Notes: generated by a model from the letters alone, not told the origin. A stretch of DNA of 32,000 nt from Telmatocola sphagniphila (GCF_018398935.1 NZ_CP074694.1:2490001-2522000); one strand, 5' to 3'. Numbered from the stretch's first letter, positions 8,532 to 17,453 are shown. A program made the numbers and translations.

Positions 8532-9800
8532 ATGTCTAAGATAATGAGTCTTTCATTTGCAACTTCAAAAGGCCCTTTATCCCGTCGAACTTTTCTTCGC
8601 GGCGCGGGGGTTACCTTGGCCCTGCCCTTTCTCGATGCCATGAGCCCGGTGTACGCCGCCGATAAAACGGATGTGCCACGCCGACTGATCGGCATCCAAA
8701 CAAATATGGGAATTCTCCCGCAGTTCTTTTTCCCCGAGAAAGCCGGCAGAGAATATGAACCTACCCCCTATTTGAAAAAGCTCGAGGCTCACCGGAACAA
8801 TTTCACGGTGTTTTCGGGCACCAGCCACCCTGGCGTGGATGGGGCTCACTCGGCGGAGAAGTGCTTCCTCACCGGCACGCCGCACCCCGGAGCCGGGGGC
8901 TTCCGGAACTGGATCTCTCTGGATCAATTTGCCGCGGAACAGATTGGCAATCGAACTCGCTACCCTTCGCTGGTGTTGGCCAATACCTATGAGGGAGCCA
9001 CGCTCAGCTACACCCGCAGTGGAGCGCCGATCCCATCGGAACGCAGTCCTAAAAAGCTCTTCCAGAAACTGTTCCTTCAAGGCAAGCCCCAGGAAGTTGC
9101 TACGAACATCGAAGCACTCAAGGAAGGCCAGAGTCTGCTCGATTTTGTGGGGGAAGAATCCAAACGCCTGAACCGATCGCTTTCCAAGAGCGATCAGAAC
9201 CGCATGGATCAGTATTTCACGGCTGTCCGCGATCTGGAGGATCGACTCAAAAGTTCCGAATCCTGGGAAAAGAAACCCAAGCCAATCGTGAATGCGAAGG
9301 CACCGGAAGACATTCCAGAAGCAATCAAATTCGTGGAACGAAGTAAGCTCTTCTACGATGTGATGCAACTCGCCCTGGAGACCGATTCCACTCGGATTAT
9401 ATCACTGTTCATCGACACGACGGTGATCCACAACATCACCCATCACGGCAACCGGCCCGAAGTGATTCAGGAACTACGCGGCCACGAGGAAAAGCAGTTC
9501 GAGGTTCTGGGCAATTTCTTCAAGTCTTTGGGCGAAAAGAAAGAACAGGGACAATCGCTCCTGGACAGAACCATGGTCCTCTATGGGACCTGTATGGGAA
9601 GCGCCAACTCCCATTCGAACTACAACCTGCCCGTTCTACTAGCAGGCGGCGGTTTCAAGCATGGCCAGCATTTGGCTTTCGATACTAAGAACAATTATCC
9701 GTTGACGAATCTTTTTGTCTCCATGCTGCAACGCCTCGGCTTGGAAACTTCCGAGTTTTCGACGGGTAAAGGCACCTTCCGTGGCCTGGAGATGACTTGA
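8532..9800 (+). CDS. DUF1552 domain-containing protein with a twin-arginine (Tat) signal
   Basis: The ATG at 8532 gives MSKIMSLSFATSKGPLSRRTFLRGAGVTLALPFLDAM, a Tat motif. The body carries DUF1552-typical stretches (SLDQFAAEQIGNRTRYPSLVL...PKKLFQKLF...DQYFTAVRDLEDRL...LPVLLAGGGFKHGQHL). The track start at 8475 is a TTG extension. Confidence 0.9.
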   Translation: MSKIMSLSFATSKGPLSRRTFLRGAGVTLALPFLDAMSPVYAADKTDVPRRLIGIQTNMGILPQFFFPEKAGREYEPTPYLKKLEAHRNNFTVFSGTSHPGVDGAHSAEKCFLTGTPHPGAGGFRNWISLDQFAAEQIGNRTRYPSLVLANTYEGATLSYTRSGAPIPSERSPKKLFQKLFLQGKPQEVATNIEALKEGQSLLDFVGEESKRLNRSLSKSDQNRMDQYFTAVRDLEDRLKSSESWEKKPKPIVNAKAPEDIPEAIKFVERSKLFYDVMQLALETDSTRIISLFIDTTVIHNITHHGNRPEVIQELRGHEEKQFEVLGNFFKSLGEKKEQGQSLLDRTMVLYGTCMGSANSHSNYNLPVLLAGGGFKHGQHLAFDTKNNYPLTNLFVSMLQRLGLETSEFSTGKGTFRGLEMT

Positions 9801-9852
9801 TTTTTTTCGTTTTCCACAAATTCGGACACGACATCGAGGACCTGGCCAAATT

Positions 9853-12465
9853 ATGTTTCGATGGCAACTCACGACTCTGCTGTTTTTTCTCTCCTTCGCT
9901 TTCGCTTCGGCGGAACAGCCCACGGAATTTTTCACAAAGCACTGTTATAGCTGCCACGGCCCGGAAGCCCCGGCTGCCGGGCTCGATTTAACCTCCTTCA
10001 AAAAAGATCTCGGTAAGCCCGAAAATTTCAGTAAGTGGGTAAAAATCTTCGATCGGATCGACTCCGGAGAAATGCCTCCTGCCAAAAAACCACGCCCCGA
10101 AACCGTCGAGAAAACCACCGCAACAAAATGGTTAAAGGCCGAATTACTCAAGGCCGAGTTGCAATCATTGAAAGACCAACCGCGAACCGGATTACGTCGG
10201 CTGACCCGTGCTGAATACGAAAATACCATGCGTGACCTGTTTGCAATGCCCGGTATAGCCTTACAGGATGACCTTCCGGCGGATGGCTCTGCCCATGGCT
10301 TCGATAAAAACAGCGAGGCCCTGGACATTTCGCATGTGAACCTCGCGAAATATCTGGAAGCGGCCGATCATGTATTGGACATGGCGATCGCCACTCAAGC
10401 CCTGCCGCCTGCCAGAAAAGTTCAGCGTGTGACCATGGCGAATGAATCCAGTACCCTGGCCGCCTGCATTCTGGAAGGGGACGGGGTGATGCTGAAGAAT
10501 AAAAATCCCGATCCGGATTATCCACCAGCCGGCTACCACAAACATCTCGATTATCCTGCCCACTTGATGCTGGGCATGCACACCGATGTATCGCCGGGCA
10601 GTAGCGTCGGCATCTTCCGACATGAAGACGATTCCTTCCGCCCTTCCTTTGTCGAATTCACAACGATCTATCCCGGAATGTATCGCGTTAAAACTGCCTT
10701 TTGGTCGTTCCGTTGGGATAAAGGTAAGGTCTTACCCACAGACCGCGTCGAAGTCGCCCGGTTGGATGTCTGGCACATCACCGGAGATGGCCGCGGGACC
10801 GGACATCCCAGCACTCTACTGGGCTATTTCGATGCGCCCTCACTTAAGGAACAGACTTACGAATTCAATATGTGGCTGAACCCGGCAGACAGCTTTGGAT
10901 TCAACTTCACGACCTCGAACGTCGGCCATGAAATTCGGGGAACCAAAGGCCGACTGATGAACTGGTCGGGCCCAGGGCTCGCCTGCGACGGCCTGGAAGT
11001 CGAAGGCCCTATTTACGACAAGTGGCCACCCGAAAGTCATCGCCGGCTTTTCGGCGATCTGCCGATCCTGGAATTCAAACCTGAAAAAAATCCCGGGATA
11101 CATCCGCCCCGCCATAAAGAATGGAATCAACGCTTTAATGCCAAGAACCATCCCGATCCTCAATTGCACACACTGAAGCTCTGTACGGTTACAAGCGGTT
11201 CTCCCCTGGCGGATGCCGATCGATTGATCGGGAATTTCCTTCCGAAAGCATTTCGTCGACCTGTATCTGATGAAACCAGAAGATCCTATCTGGCTCTCTT
11301 TGAAAAGCGCTTGAAATCGGGCGATTGCTTTGAGACGGCTCTTCGCACAACTTATCGGGCCGCCCTTTGCTCCCCGAATTTCCTTTATCATGTCGAAGAA
11401 GGCAGCCCAACGGTCTCGACTGCCGCATTGAAAACGGGTCGCGAGCCAATCGAAGATTATTCGTTAGCTTCTCGGCTCTCCTATTTCTTCTGGAATTCCA
11501 TGCCGGATGAAAAACTGGTTGCACTGGCCGCGAGTAAAAGACTCCACCAGCCTGAAGTGCTGAGTAGCGAAGTGGAACGGCTGTTGAAAGATCCCAAATC
11601 CAAACAGTTCCGGGAAGATTTCCTTGGCCAGTGGTTGAAGTTGCGAAAAATCGCGGCCAACGATCCCGATCCCAAGCTTTATGGCGGGTGGCGCATCGCG
11701 CTGCAGGATGCGATGGTGGCCGAGACGAACGCCTATTTCAAAGAGCTAATCGATAAAGATCTCTGTGCGAAGTATCTGATTAAATCCGACTTTGCGATGC
11801 TGAATGAACGCCTGGCCAAACATTACGGCATTTCCGGAGTGGTCGGCAGCCAGATGCGGCGGGTGCCAGTGGCCGCCGATTGCCCGCGCGGCCCGTTCCT
11901 GACTCAGGCGGCCATTTTGAAGATTACCGCCAACGGAACTACGACTTCGCCAGTGCCGCGCGGGGCTTTTGTGATGGATCGCCTCCTCGGACAACCGCCG
12001 GAGCCACCTCCCCCCAATGTTCCTGCCGTCGAGCCCGATGTCCGCGGGGCCACGACCGTTCGGGAACAATTGGCCAAACACCGCGATAATGCAACATGCG
12101 CTTCTTGCCATGCCAAAATCGATCCGGCTGGACTGGCTCTGGAATCTTTCGATGTCATCGGTGGGCAGCGAACTCGATATCAATCGATCACACAGACAAA
12201 ACCCCCCGTCGATCCTTCCGGTCAACTTCCCGATGGTCGAAAGTTCAAAGACATATTGGAACTGCAGAATTTACTCTTAACTGATTCGGACAAGCTCCTA
12301 AAGAATCTGGCCCAGCAGTTCGCTGTCTACTCGATAGGACGAGGCATGACCTTCAGCGATCGGAATGCCATCGAAGCGATTGTCGAAAAAACCAAGCAAA
12401 AAGGCGGCGGTATTCGAACTCTGCTGCACGAATTGGTGGCGAGCGAGTTGTTCCAAAGTCATTAA
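9853..12465 (+). CDS. DUF1587/DUF1592/DUF1595/DUF1588/DUF1585-architecture protein with an N-terminal planctomycete cytochrome-c motif (PSCyt-like)
   Basis: 870 aa with a Sec signal (MFRWQLTTLLFFLSFAFASA). CYSCH lies at nt 9943..9957. Family signatures present: LRRLTRAEYENTMRDLF, FLPKAFRRPVSDE, LNERLAKHYGI, TTSPVPRGAFVMDRLLGQPPEPPPPNVP and CASCHAKIDPAGLALESFD (nt 12097..12111). Confidence 0.92.
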   Translation: MFRWQLTTLLFFLSFAFASAEQPTEFFTKHCYSCHGPEAPAAGLDLTSFKKDLGKPENFSKWVKIFDRIDSGEMPPAKKPRPETVEKTTATKWLKAELLKAELQSLKDQPRTGLRRLTRAEYENTMRDLFAMPGIALQDDLPADGSAHGFDKNSEALDISHVNLAKYLEAADHVLDMAIATQALPPARKVQRVTMANESSTLAACILEGDGVMLKNKNPDPDYPPAGYHKHLDYPAHLMLGMHTDVSPGSSVGIFRHEDDSFRPSFVEFTTIYPGMYRVKTAFWSFRWDKGKVLPTDRVEVARLDVWHITGDGRGTGHPSTLLGYFDAPSLKEQTYEFNMWLNPADSFGFNFTTSNVGHEIRGTKGRLMNWSGPGLACDGLEVEGPIYDKWPPESHRRLFGDLPILEFKPEKNPGIHPPRHKEWNQRFNAKNHPDPQLHTLKLCTVTSGSPLADADRLIGNFLPKAFRRPVSDETRRSYLALFEKRLKSGDCFETALRTTYRAALCSPNFLYHVEEGSPTVSTAALKTGREPIEDYSLASRLSYFFWNSMPDEKLVALAASKRLHQPEVLSSEVERLLKDPKSKQFREDFLGQWLKLRKIAANDPDPKLYGGWRIALQDAMVAETNAYFKELIDKDLCAKYLIKSDFAMLNERLAKHYGISGVVGSQMRRVPVAADCPRGPFLTQAAILKITANGTTTSPVPRGAFVMDRLLGQPPEPPPPNVPAVEPDVRGATTVREQLAKHRDNATCASCHAKIDPAGLALESFDVIGGQRTRYQSITQTKPPVDPSGQLPDGRKFKDILELQNLLLTDSDKLLKNLAQQFAVYSIGRGMTFSDRNAIEAIVEKTKQKGGGIRTLLHELVASELFQSH

Positions 12466-12480
12466 CCGAAAATCGAAGCC

Positions 12481-13059
12481 ATGCTTTCTCCCTATTTGAA
12501 AATGTTTGCGGCTCTACTGCTCGTGAGCTTCGGGTCTAACAGCTTATATCTCCATGCCCAAGGCAAGCCGCCGATTCCGAGGCAGCTGAAATGTCGGGTG
12601 CTGGGTTTGTTCATGCCCGAACGGGAACGGGATTTGAAAGATTTGCTGGAAAAAACCGGCAAATTTAAGCTGATCGCTTTGGATTTCGCGAAGGCCGAAT
12701 TGACCGTCGAGTTCGACTCCGCCCAGGTCTGGTCCGGCGAGAAACCGAATCGTTATTTGGAGTTGTTCAATAATGAGTTGCGGAACGGCTCCCGAGGCTC
12801 ATTCTCGGCGAAAGAGTTAATCCAGACGCCGGCAGACAAGTTACGCTGGGTCGAGATAACTGTGGTAGGCCTGGATTGCAAAGGATGCTCCTTCGGCGCC
12901 TATCGCTTGATCTACGAACTGCCCGGCGTCGAACTTGCAACCTCTAACTTCAAGACCGGATTGATCCGAGCCTACATCGACCCCGAGAAAACCAGTCGGG
13001 CCAAATTGGAGGAAGCTTTGAAAAAAGGGGGCGTCGACATCCTGCCGCAAAAGCAGTGA
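12481..13059 (+). CDS. Secreted protein with tandem HMA-like (ferredoxin-fold) units, the second carrying CxxC
   Basis: 192 aa, starting 15 nt after the DUF1592 stop. It has a signal peptide (MFAALLLVSFGSNSLYLHAQG). The C-terminal unit RWVEITVVGLDCKGCSFGAYRLIYELPGVELATSNFKTGLIRAYIDPEKTSRAKLEEALKKGGVDI follows the heavy-metal-associated pattern, with GLDCKGC in place of GMxCxxC. The N-terminal unit (KCRVLGLF...KFKLIALDFAKAELTVEFD) looks like a Cys-less copy. Confidence 0.8.
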   Translation: MLSPYLKMFAALLLVSFGSNSLYLHAQGKPPIPRQLKCRVLGLFMPERERDLKDLLEKTGKFKLIALDFAKAELTVEFDSAQVWSGEKPNRYLELFNNELRNGSRGSFSAKELIQTPADKLRWVEITVVGLDCKGCSFGAYRLIYELPGVELATSNFKTGLIRAYIDPEKTSRAKLEEALKKGGVDILPQKQ

Positions 13060-13202
13060 GCGGGTAGCGATTCTATCCAAGACTTAAATTTCGTAGTGAA
13101 AACTGGAAGGTGAATCGATTGCCGCATCAAAATTGATCGCCAATGACCAATGCATTACACTATAAAAATCATTCTTTATGTCACTTTTCCGAACTTTTTG
13201 AG

Positions 13203-13230
13203 CTGCAAATAAACTGTTCATTATTTGCGG
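13203..13230. promoter_or_regulatory. AT-rich inverted repeat upstream of the S53 gene (operator or hairpin candidate)
   Basis: gcaaataa (13205..13212), an 8-nt spacer, then ttatttgc (13221..13228). The 8-bp arms are perfect and extend by a G-T pair and a C-G pair. It lies about 100 nt upstream of the ATG at 13327. Confidence 0.25.
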
Positions 13231-13326
13231 AAGATCCCGATCATTCTAGTTGTACTCTAAATTCCGTCTGCTATAGTATTTCCAGACATATCCGTACGTT
13301 TTTAGGCATCCTCAGACGGCAACATC

Positions 13327-16300
13327 ATGAAGCACAACTTGACTTCCGCCTGGAAATTTCGAACTTCTCCGAGAATTCAATCGAATCGAAAGACAAAGCT
13401 TTCGCTTTTATCTCTCGAAGAGCGAATTGTGCCCACCTACTTCACACCCGCTCAGATTCGACACGCCTACGGGTTCGACTATACTGCTTACGGTTCCATC
13501 GTCGGTGATGGTAGCGGTCAGACAATCGCCATCGTCGATGCCTACGACGACCCCAAAATGCTGAGCAGTACCGATCCCAATTTTGCTACCAGCGATCTCG
13601 CGATTTTTGATGCCCATTTCGGTATTCCCGATCCACCCAGTTTTAAAAAGGTATCTCAGACGGGTGGTTCCACCTCGTCTATTACGCCGGATACTGGTTG
13701 GGCTTCTGAGATCTCACTTGATGTGGAATGGACGCATGCCTTGGCTCCAAAGGCAAATATTGTGCTGGTCGAAGCGAGCGCCCCAGACATCAATCTCTTT
13801 GAAGCCGTGCAATACGCTGCGAGCATCCCTGGGGTTTGCGATGTTTCAATGAGTTGGGGCGGTTCTGAAGATACTACAACTCCACTTAATAACAATTTCG
13901 ATTATTATGCGAATTCGACTTACTTCGTTACTCCGACGGGTCACCAAGGTGTCACTTTTTTGCAATCTACTGGCGACAGCGGATCTCCCGGAAACGAAAA
14001 ATTCTCAAATGTGGTCGAAGTCGGCGGAACTTCGTTAACCCTGAATAACGATAATACCTGGAGCAACGAAACGGCTTGGAGTGGCAGCGGTGGGGGAACT
14101 AGTGCCATCTTCACGGAGCCGAGTTGGCAGCAGGGTTTCCAAAATACCGGTTATCGAACAGTCCCCGATGTCTCCTTCGACGCCGACCCCAACACCGGTG
14201 TCGTGTTATACGATTCCTACGGATATTCCGGATACGTCGTATTCGGGGGCACTAGTCTTTCCTGTCCTTGTTGGGCAGCGATAATAGCAATTTCCGATCA
14301 ATTCCGAGTCGCGAACGGTGAAACGACACTCGATGGCCCTTCGCAGACTCTTCCGGCCATTTATGATGTTTCCTCCACCGGCATCTACGGGCTTTCCAGC
14401 TACGATTTCCACGACGTCATCAGCGGTAGCAACGGAGGCTTCTCTGCGGGGCCTGGCTATGACGAAGTTACCGGAAGAGGAAGTCCTTTCGTCAACTTAC
14501 TAACGAATGATCTGGCCGGTGTGAGTGGCAATCTGCAATATGATTGCCCAGATGTCGCCACGAATAATATTTCGGTGCAAGTGAATGGCAGCTACATCGA
14601 AATTTGGGATAACGGCTCGCTGGTGGAAGGTAAAGCCATCGCCACAACGAGCGAAGTCATAATCGATGGTGCGGCCAGTACAACCAACAATGTAGTACTC
14701 CAATCCGCCTTTACCGCTTTGGGAATCAAGGTGGATTTCGTCGGCGGTTCCGAAGGTTCCAGTGGTGATCTGAACACGCTGCAAATCGATGGCGCGTCTT
14801 CAACCACCAGTTACCTGCTCAGTTCTGGATCCTGCACAATCAATGGAACCACGGTATTCAGTTACACCGGCTTGAATAGTCTCACTGTGGATGCCAATGT
14901 CACGGGAGCTACCAATCCGAATACGATTACAGTCGATTTTACCTCGGGGAATCCAATTCCCGCCGGAGGTCTGACGATCCAGGATGGCAACCTGGCGGGA
15001 GATAATATCGTTCTTCAAAACGGAACGATGACGACTAGCACCTACAATTTCACCGATGCTTCGGATGGTACGATTTCGCTTCTACCCACTGGGGCTTCCA
15101 GCGCTTCCACGATCGCTTACCAGGGCATCAGTGCACTGACATCGCTTCTAACCACTACCAATGCCCTCTTCGATTACAATCAGACGAGCCAATCCATTAC
15201 GATCGCGGCCGACACCGGGAATACAACCTTAACCGCAATAACTTCTACGGCCGGGGCTTCTCTGAATATTCTCAATCCGCTCGGCACTTTTCAGGTGTTC
15301 GGAGATGATCCGGGAACGGGAACCGATGTGATTTCACTAAATGGCTATGGGAGTGGTGGCAGTAATGCCTTTACCGCCGCGTTGACCATTAATGCGGGTA
15401 CTGGTAACGACACCATCAAAGTCAATGCCCCTCTGGCGCTGGGTTCCACTACTTCCACAGGTAATATCGCCCTGACGGCCAAGACCATCGATCTCAATTC
15501 CAGTCTGAACGCTAGCCTCGGGTCCACCTCCGGAACGATCACACTCACCGGTGCAGTTTTTCTCACGGGTTCGACCGCCATCACTTATGGGGGGACCAAC
15601 TCGCTGGTCTTCACTGGACCGATTAATCTCGGCAACTTTACGTTAACACTAACCGATCTGCTCGCGACTAACACGGAATCAATTAGTTCGTCAATATCGG
15701 GAAACGGGGGAATCATCACGGCCGGACCCGGCATTTTAACGTTATCGGGAACCGACAGTTTCAGCGGTTCGGTGAGCGTGAATGCGGGAACGTTGATTGT
15801 GACGGGAACTCTTTCCGGAGGAGGAACGATCACGGTGGCCGCTGGAGGATTGCTCGAAGGAACCGGCACCATCTCGGGCCCTGTGAGCGTCTCCGGAGGA
15901 TTAACGCCCGGCACTTCGACTCCAGGAGCTATCTCCGTCGGCAATCTCTCTTTTGGCTCTGGAGGCAACTTTACCTCTGAATTGCTAGGCACAACGGTGG
16001 GCGGTTCCTCGGGTTACAATCAGGTCGTGGTCAACGGCACAGTCAATTTGACGGGAGCCAATCTCTTACTTGCCTCAATCAGTTCTACCCTCGCGGTGGG
16101 AAATAGTTTTACGATCCTTTCAAACGGGGGTACGGGAAGCATAACCGGTACCTTTAACGGACTACCCCAGGGGGCAGTCATCACGACGAATCTCCAGTCG
16201 TTTCAGATCAGTTATACCGGAGGCACGAACGGTAAGAGCGTTACCCTGACCGTCATCGCCCCCACGGTTATAAGCTCCTCCATAAACGGAGGAGCCATTC

Positions 16301-17418
16301 AACGTTCGCGAGTGACACAAATCAGCCTGACCTTCAGCGAGACGATTACCATCGGCAGTAATGCTTTCAGCATGACCAATGGAAGTGCGACGATTACGAG
16401 CGCCAGTGGGGGTGGTATCCTCGTCAACCAAACTACTTCAAACGGGACGACAATTGTTACGTTGACGTTCGATTCCAGTAATTCGAATATTCAGTACGGC
16501 TCTCTTTCAGACGGATACTGGACCCTGACAGTAAATGCTTCCGCCATCTCCGGATCGAAAACCGGCTTTGCGATGGGCAGCAACTATACTCAGAAAGGGA
16601 TCATCCGTCTGTTCGGTGACATTACCGGGGATGGGGCCGTCGATAGTAACGATTTGACTTATTTCGGGGAGGCTTACGGATCGTCCAGCGGAAATTCGAG
16701 CTACATCTCAGCCCTCGACTTCAATCAGGATGGATCGATCGATAGCAATGACCTGACGCAGTTTGGCACTCGGTATGGTTCCAGCATTTCCGGTCCCTAC
16801 ACCCCGAATTTCGCCGGGTCGGGCTCTGCCGGAAATATCACCGCGGTTTACTCGCCTGGAACAATAATCGTCTATCCTGGTGCGGGAGGCAACTTTTCCA
16901 GCGGCGGTGGTAGCGGTGGCGGCGGTGGGAGTTCCTCACCCGATCTCGTGACACCGGGTGGGACTGGTTCTAGCGGCTCATCCTCCGGCAACGCGACAGA
17001 CAGCAGTACTTCCAGTATTACTCCACTTATGAGTGGTATGGCTTTGACATCAAACCAGGAGATTCAGACTACTCCCATTCTTGTCGATAGCCGTCTCGTC
17101 ATGAGGTCTCGATCTTCCGGAACAGCTCGATCCTCGAATACTCCAGCGGTTTCCTCGAACGATCTGAACCAGAATTCCTTCCTTCCCCTGCTGTCCTCCA
17201 CCAGTTCGCAATCCGTATCCCCTGCTGCCAGTACACTGGCGACGGCGACGACCCCAGCGAGCAATCCGATTTCTTCAGAAATCAGCCCCTCGATTATTGT
17301 GAATGGGACTAACGTGGCGATATCAAACACGAGTGATCGAGTTGTTGTCAACTCGAGCGCGGCGAGCTCGGAGGCCGATCTCTTTGCGGGAATCGATTTT
17401 AATGGGATTCGAATTTAG
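13327..17418 (+). CDS. Large surface or secreted multidomain protein: sedolisin (S53)-like peptidase, beta-helix-like T/S/G-rich region, PATR repeats, dockerin and Ser/Gly/Thr-rich tail
   Basis: 1363 aa, ATG start. See the domain sub-features below. The N-terminus MKHNLTSAWKFRTSPRIQSNRKTKLSLLSLEERIVPT has no hydrophobic Sec core. Confidence 0.93.
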   Translation: MKHNLTSAWKFRTSPRIQSNRKTKLSLLSLEERIVPTYFTPAQIRHAYGFDYTAYGSIVGDGSGQTIAIVDAYDDPKMLSSTDPNFATSDLAIFDAHFGIPDPPSFKKVSQTGGSTSSITPDTGWASEISLDVEWTHALAPKANIVLVEASAPDINLFEAVQYAASIPGVCDVSMSWGGSEDTTTPLNNNFDYYANSTYFVTPTGHQGVTFLQSTGDSGSPGNEKFSNVVEVGGTSLTLNNDNTWSNETAWSGSGGGTSAIFTEPSWQQGFQNTGYRTVPDVSFDADPNTGVVLYDSYGYSGYVVFGGTSLSCPCWAAIIAISDQFRVANGETTLDGPSQTLPAIYDVSSTGIYGLSSYDFHDVISGSNGGFSAGPGYDEVTGRGSPFVNLLTNDLAGVSGNLQYDCPDVATNNISVQVNGSYIEIWDNGSLVEGKAIATTSEVIIDGAASTTNNVVLQSAFTALGIKVDFVGGSEGSSGDLNTLQIDGASSTTSYLLSSGSCTINGTTVFSYTGLNSLTVDANVTGATNPNTITVDFTSGNPIPAGGLTIQDGNLAGDNIVLQNGTMTTSTYNFTDASDGTISLLPTGASSASTIAYQGISALTSLLTTTNALFDYNQTSQSITIAADTGNTTLTAITSTAGASLNILNPLGTFQVFGDDPGTGTDVISLNGYGSGGSNAFTAALTINAGTGNDTIKVNAPLALGSTTSTGNIALTAKTIDLNSSLNASLGSTSGTITLTGAVFLTGSTAITYGGTNSLVFTGPINLGNFTLTLTDLLATNTESISSSISGNGGIITAGPGILTLSGTDSFSGSVSVNAGTLIVTGTLSGGGTITVAAGGLLEGTGTISGPVSVSGGLTPGTSTPGAISVGNLSFGSGGNFTSELLGTTVGGSSGYNQVVVNGTVNLTGANLLLASISSTLAVGNSFTILSNGGTGSITGTFNGLPQGAVITTNLQSFQISYTGGTNGKSVTLTVIAPTVISSSINGGAIQRSRVTQISLTFSETITIGSNAFSMTNGSATITSASGGGILVNQTTSNGTTIVTLTFDSSNSNIQYGSLSDGYWTLTVNASAISGSKTGFAMGSNYTQKGIIRLFGDITGDGAVDSNDLTYFGEAYGSSSGNSSYISALDFNQDGSIDSNDLTQFGTRYGSSISGPYTPNFAGSGSAGNITAVYSPGTIIVYPGAGGNFSSGGGSGGGGGSSSPDLVTPGGTGSSGSSSGNATDSSTSSITPLMSGMALTSNQEIQTTPILVDSRLVMRSRSSGTARSSNTPAVSSNDLNQNSFLPLLSSTSSQSVSPAASTLATATTPASNPISSEISPSIIVNGTNVAISNTSDRVVVNSSAASSEADLFAGIDFNGIRI
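13438..14505 (+). other. S53 (sedolisin/kumamolisin-type) peptidase catalytic domain, without the usual N-terminal prodomain
   Basis: Motifs in family order: FTPAQIRHAYGF; EISLDVEWTHALAP (E128-x3-D132); VSMSWGGSE; STGDSGSPG (D217); SGSGGGTS; VPDVSFDADPNTGV; GGTSLSCPCWAAIIA (Ser310, nt 14254..14256). Numbering runs from the Met at 13327. Confidence 0.8.
15700..16260 (+). other. Autotransporter-associated beta-strand (PATR) repeat region
   Basis: GNGGIITAGPGILTLSGTDSFSGSVSVNAGTLIVTGTLSGGGTITVAAGGLLEGTGTISGPVSVSGGLTPG...GNLSFGSGGNFTSEL...YNQVVVNGTVNLTGANLLL...FTILSNGGTGSITGTFNGLPQGAVI...FQISYTGG...SVTLTV. This is the classic PATR pattern. Confidence 0.75.
16615..16785 (+). other. Dockerin-like duplicated Ca-binding segment
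   Basis: There are two copies of the D-x-x-x-DG-x-(V/I)-DSNDLT-x-FG motif: GDITGDGAVDSNDLTYFGEAYGS and LDFNQDGSIDSNDLTQFGTRYGS. Confidence 0.72.
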
Positions 17419-17453
17419 TCGACAAATCAGAGAGCTGGAGATTCGGAGTGCTG

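Noticed and set aside
8577-9368. Long antisense ORFs lying entirely within well-supported genes: 8577..9368(-) inside DUF1552; 27221..27988(-) inside the glycosidase-like gene; 21981..22700(+) inside DUF1559; 25206..25811(+) inside PhyH; 2027..2623(+) inside the RND pump; 10840..11391(-) and 11746..12225(-) inside DUF1592; 15585..15992(-) inside the S53 gene.
   Set aside because: In each case the opposite strand carries an ORF with clear family motifs along its full length. The antisense products have skewed R/G/H/P-rich composition and no recognisable motifs. They are typical shadow ORFs.
13143-13508. 121-aa + strand ORF overlapping the start of the S53 gene.
   Set aside because: It spans an AT-rich intergenic region and runs out of frame into the S53 gene. 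Its composition (C/H/F/S/R-rich) is not protein-like, and the S53 frame is strongly supported.
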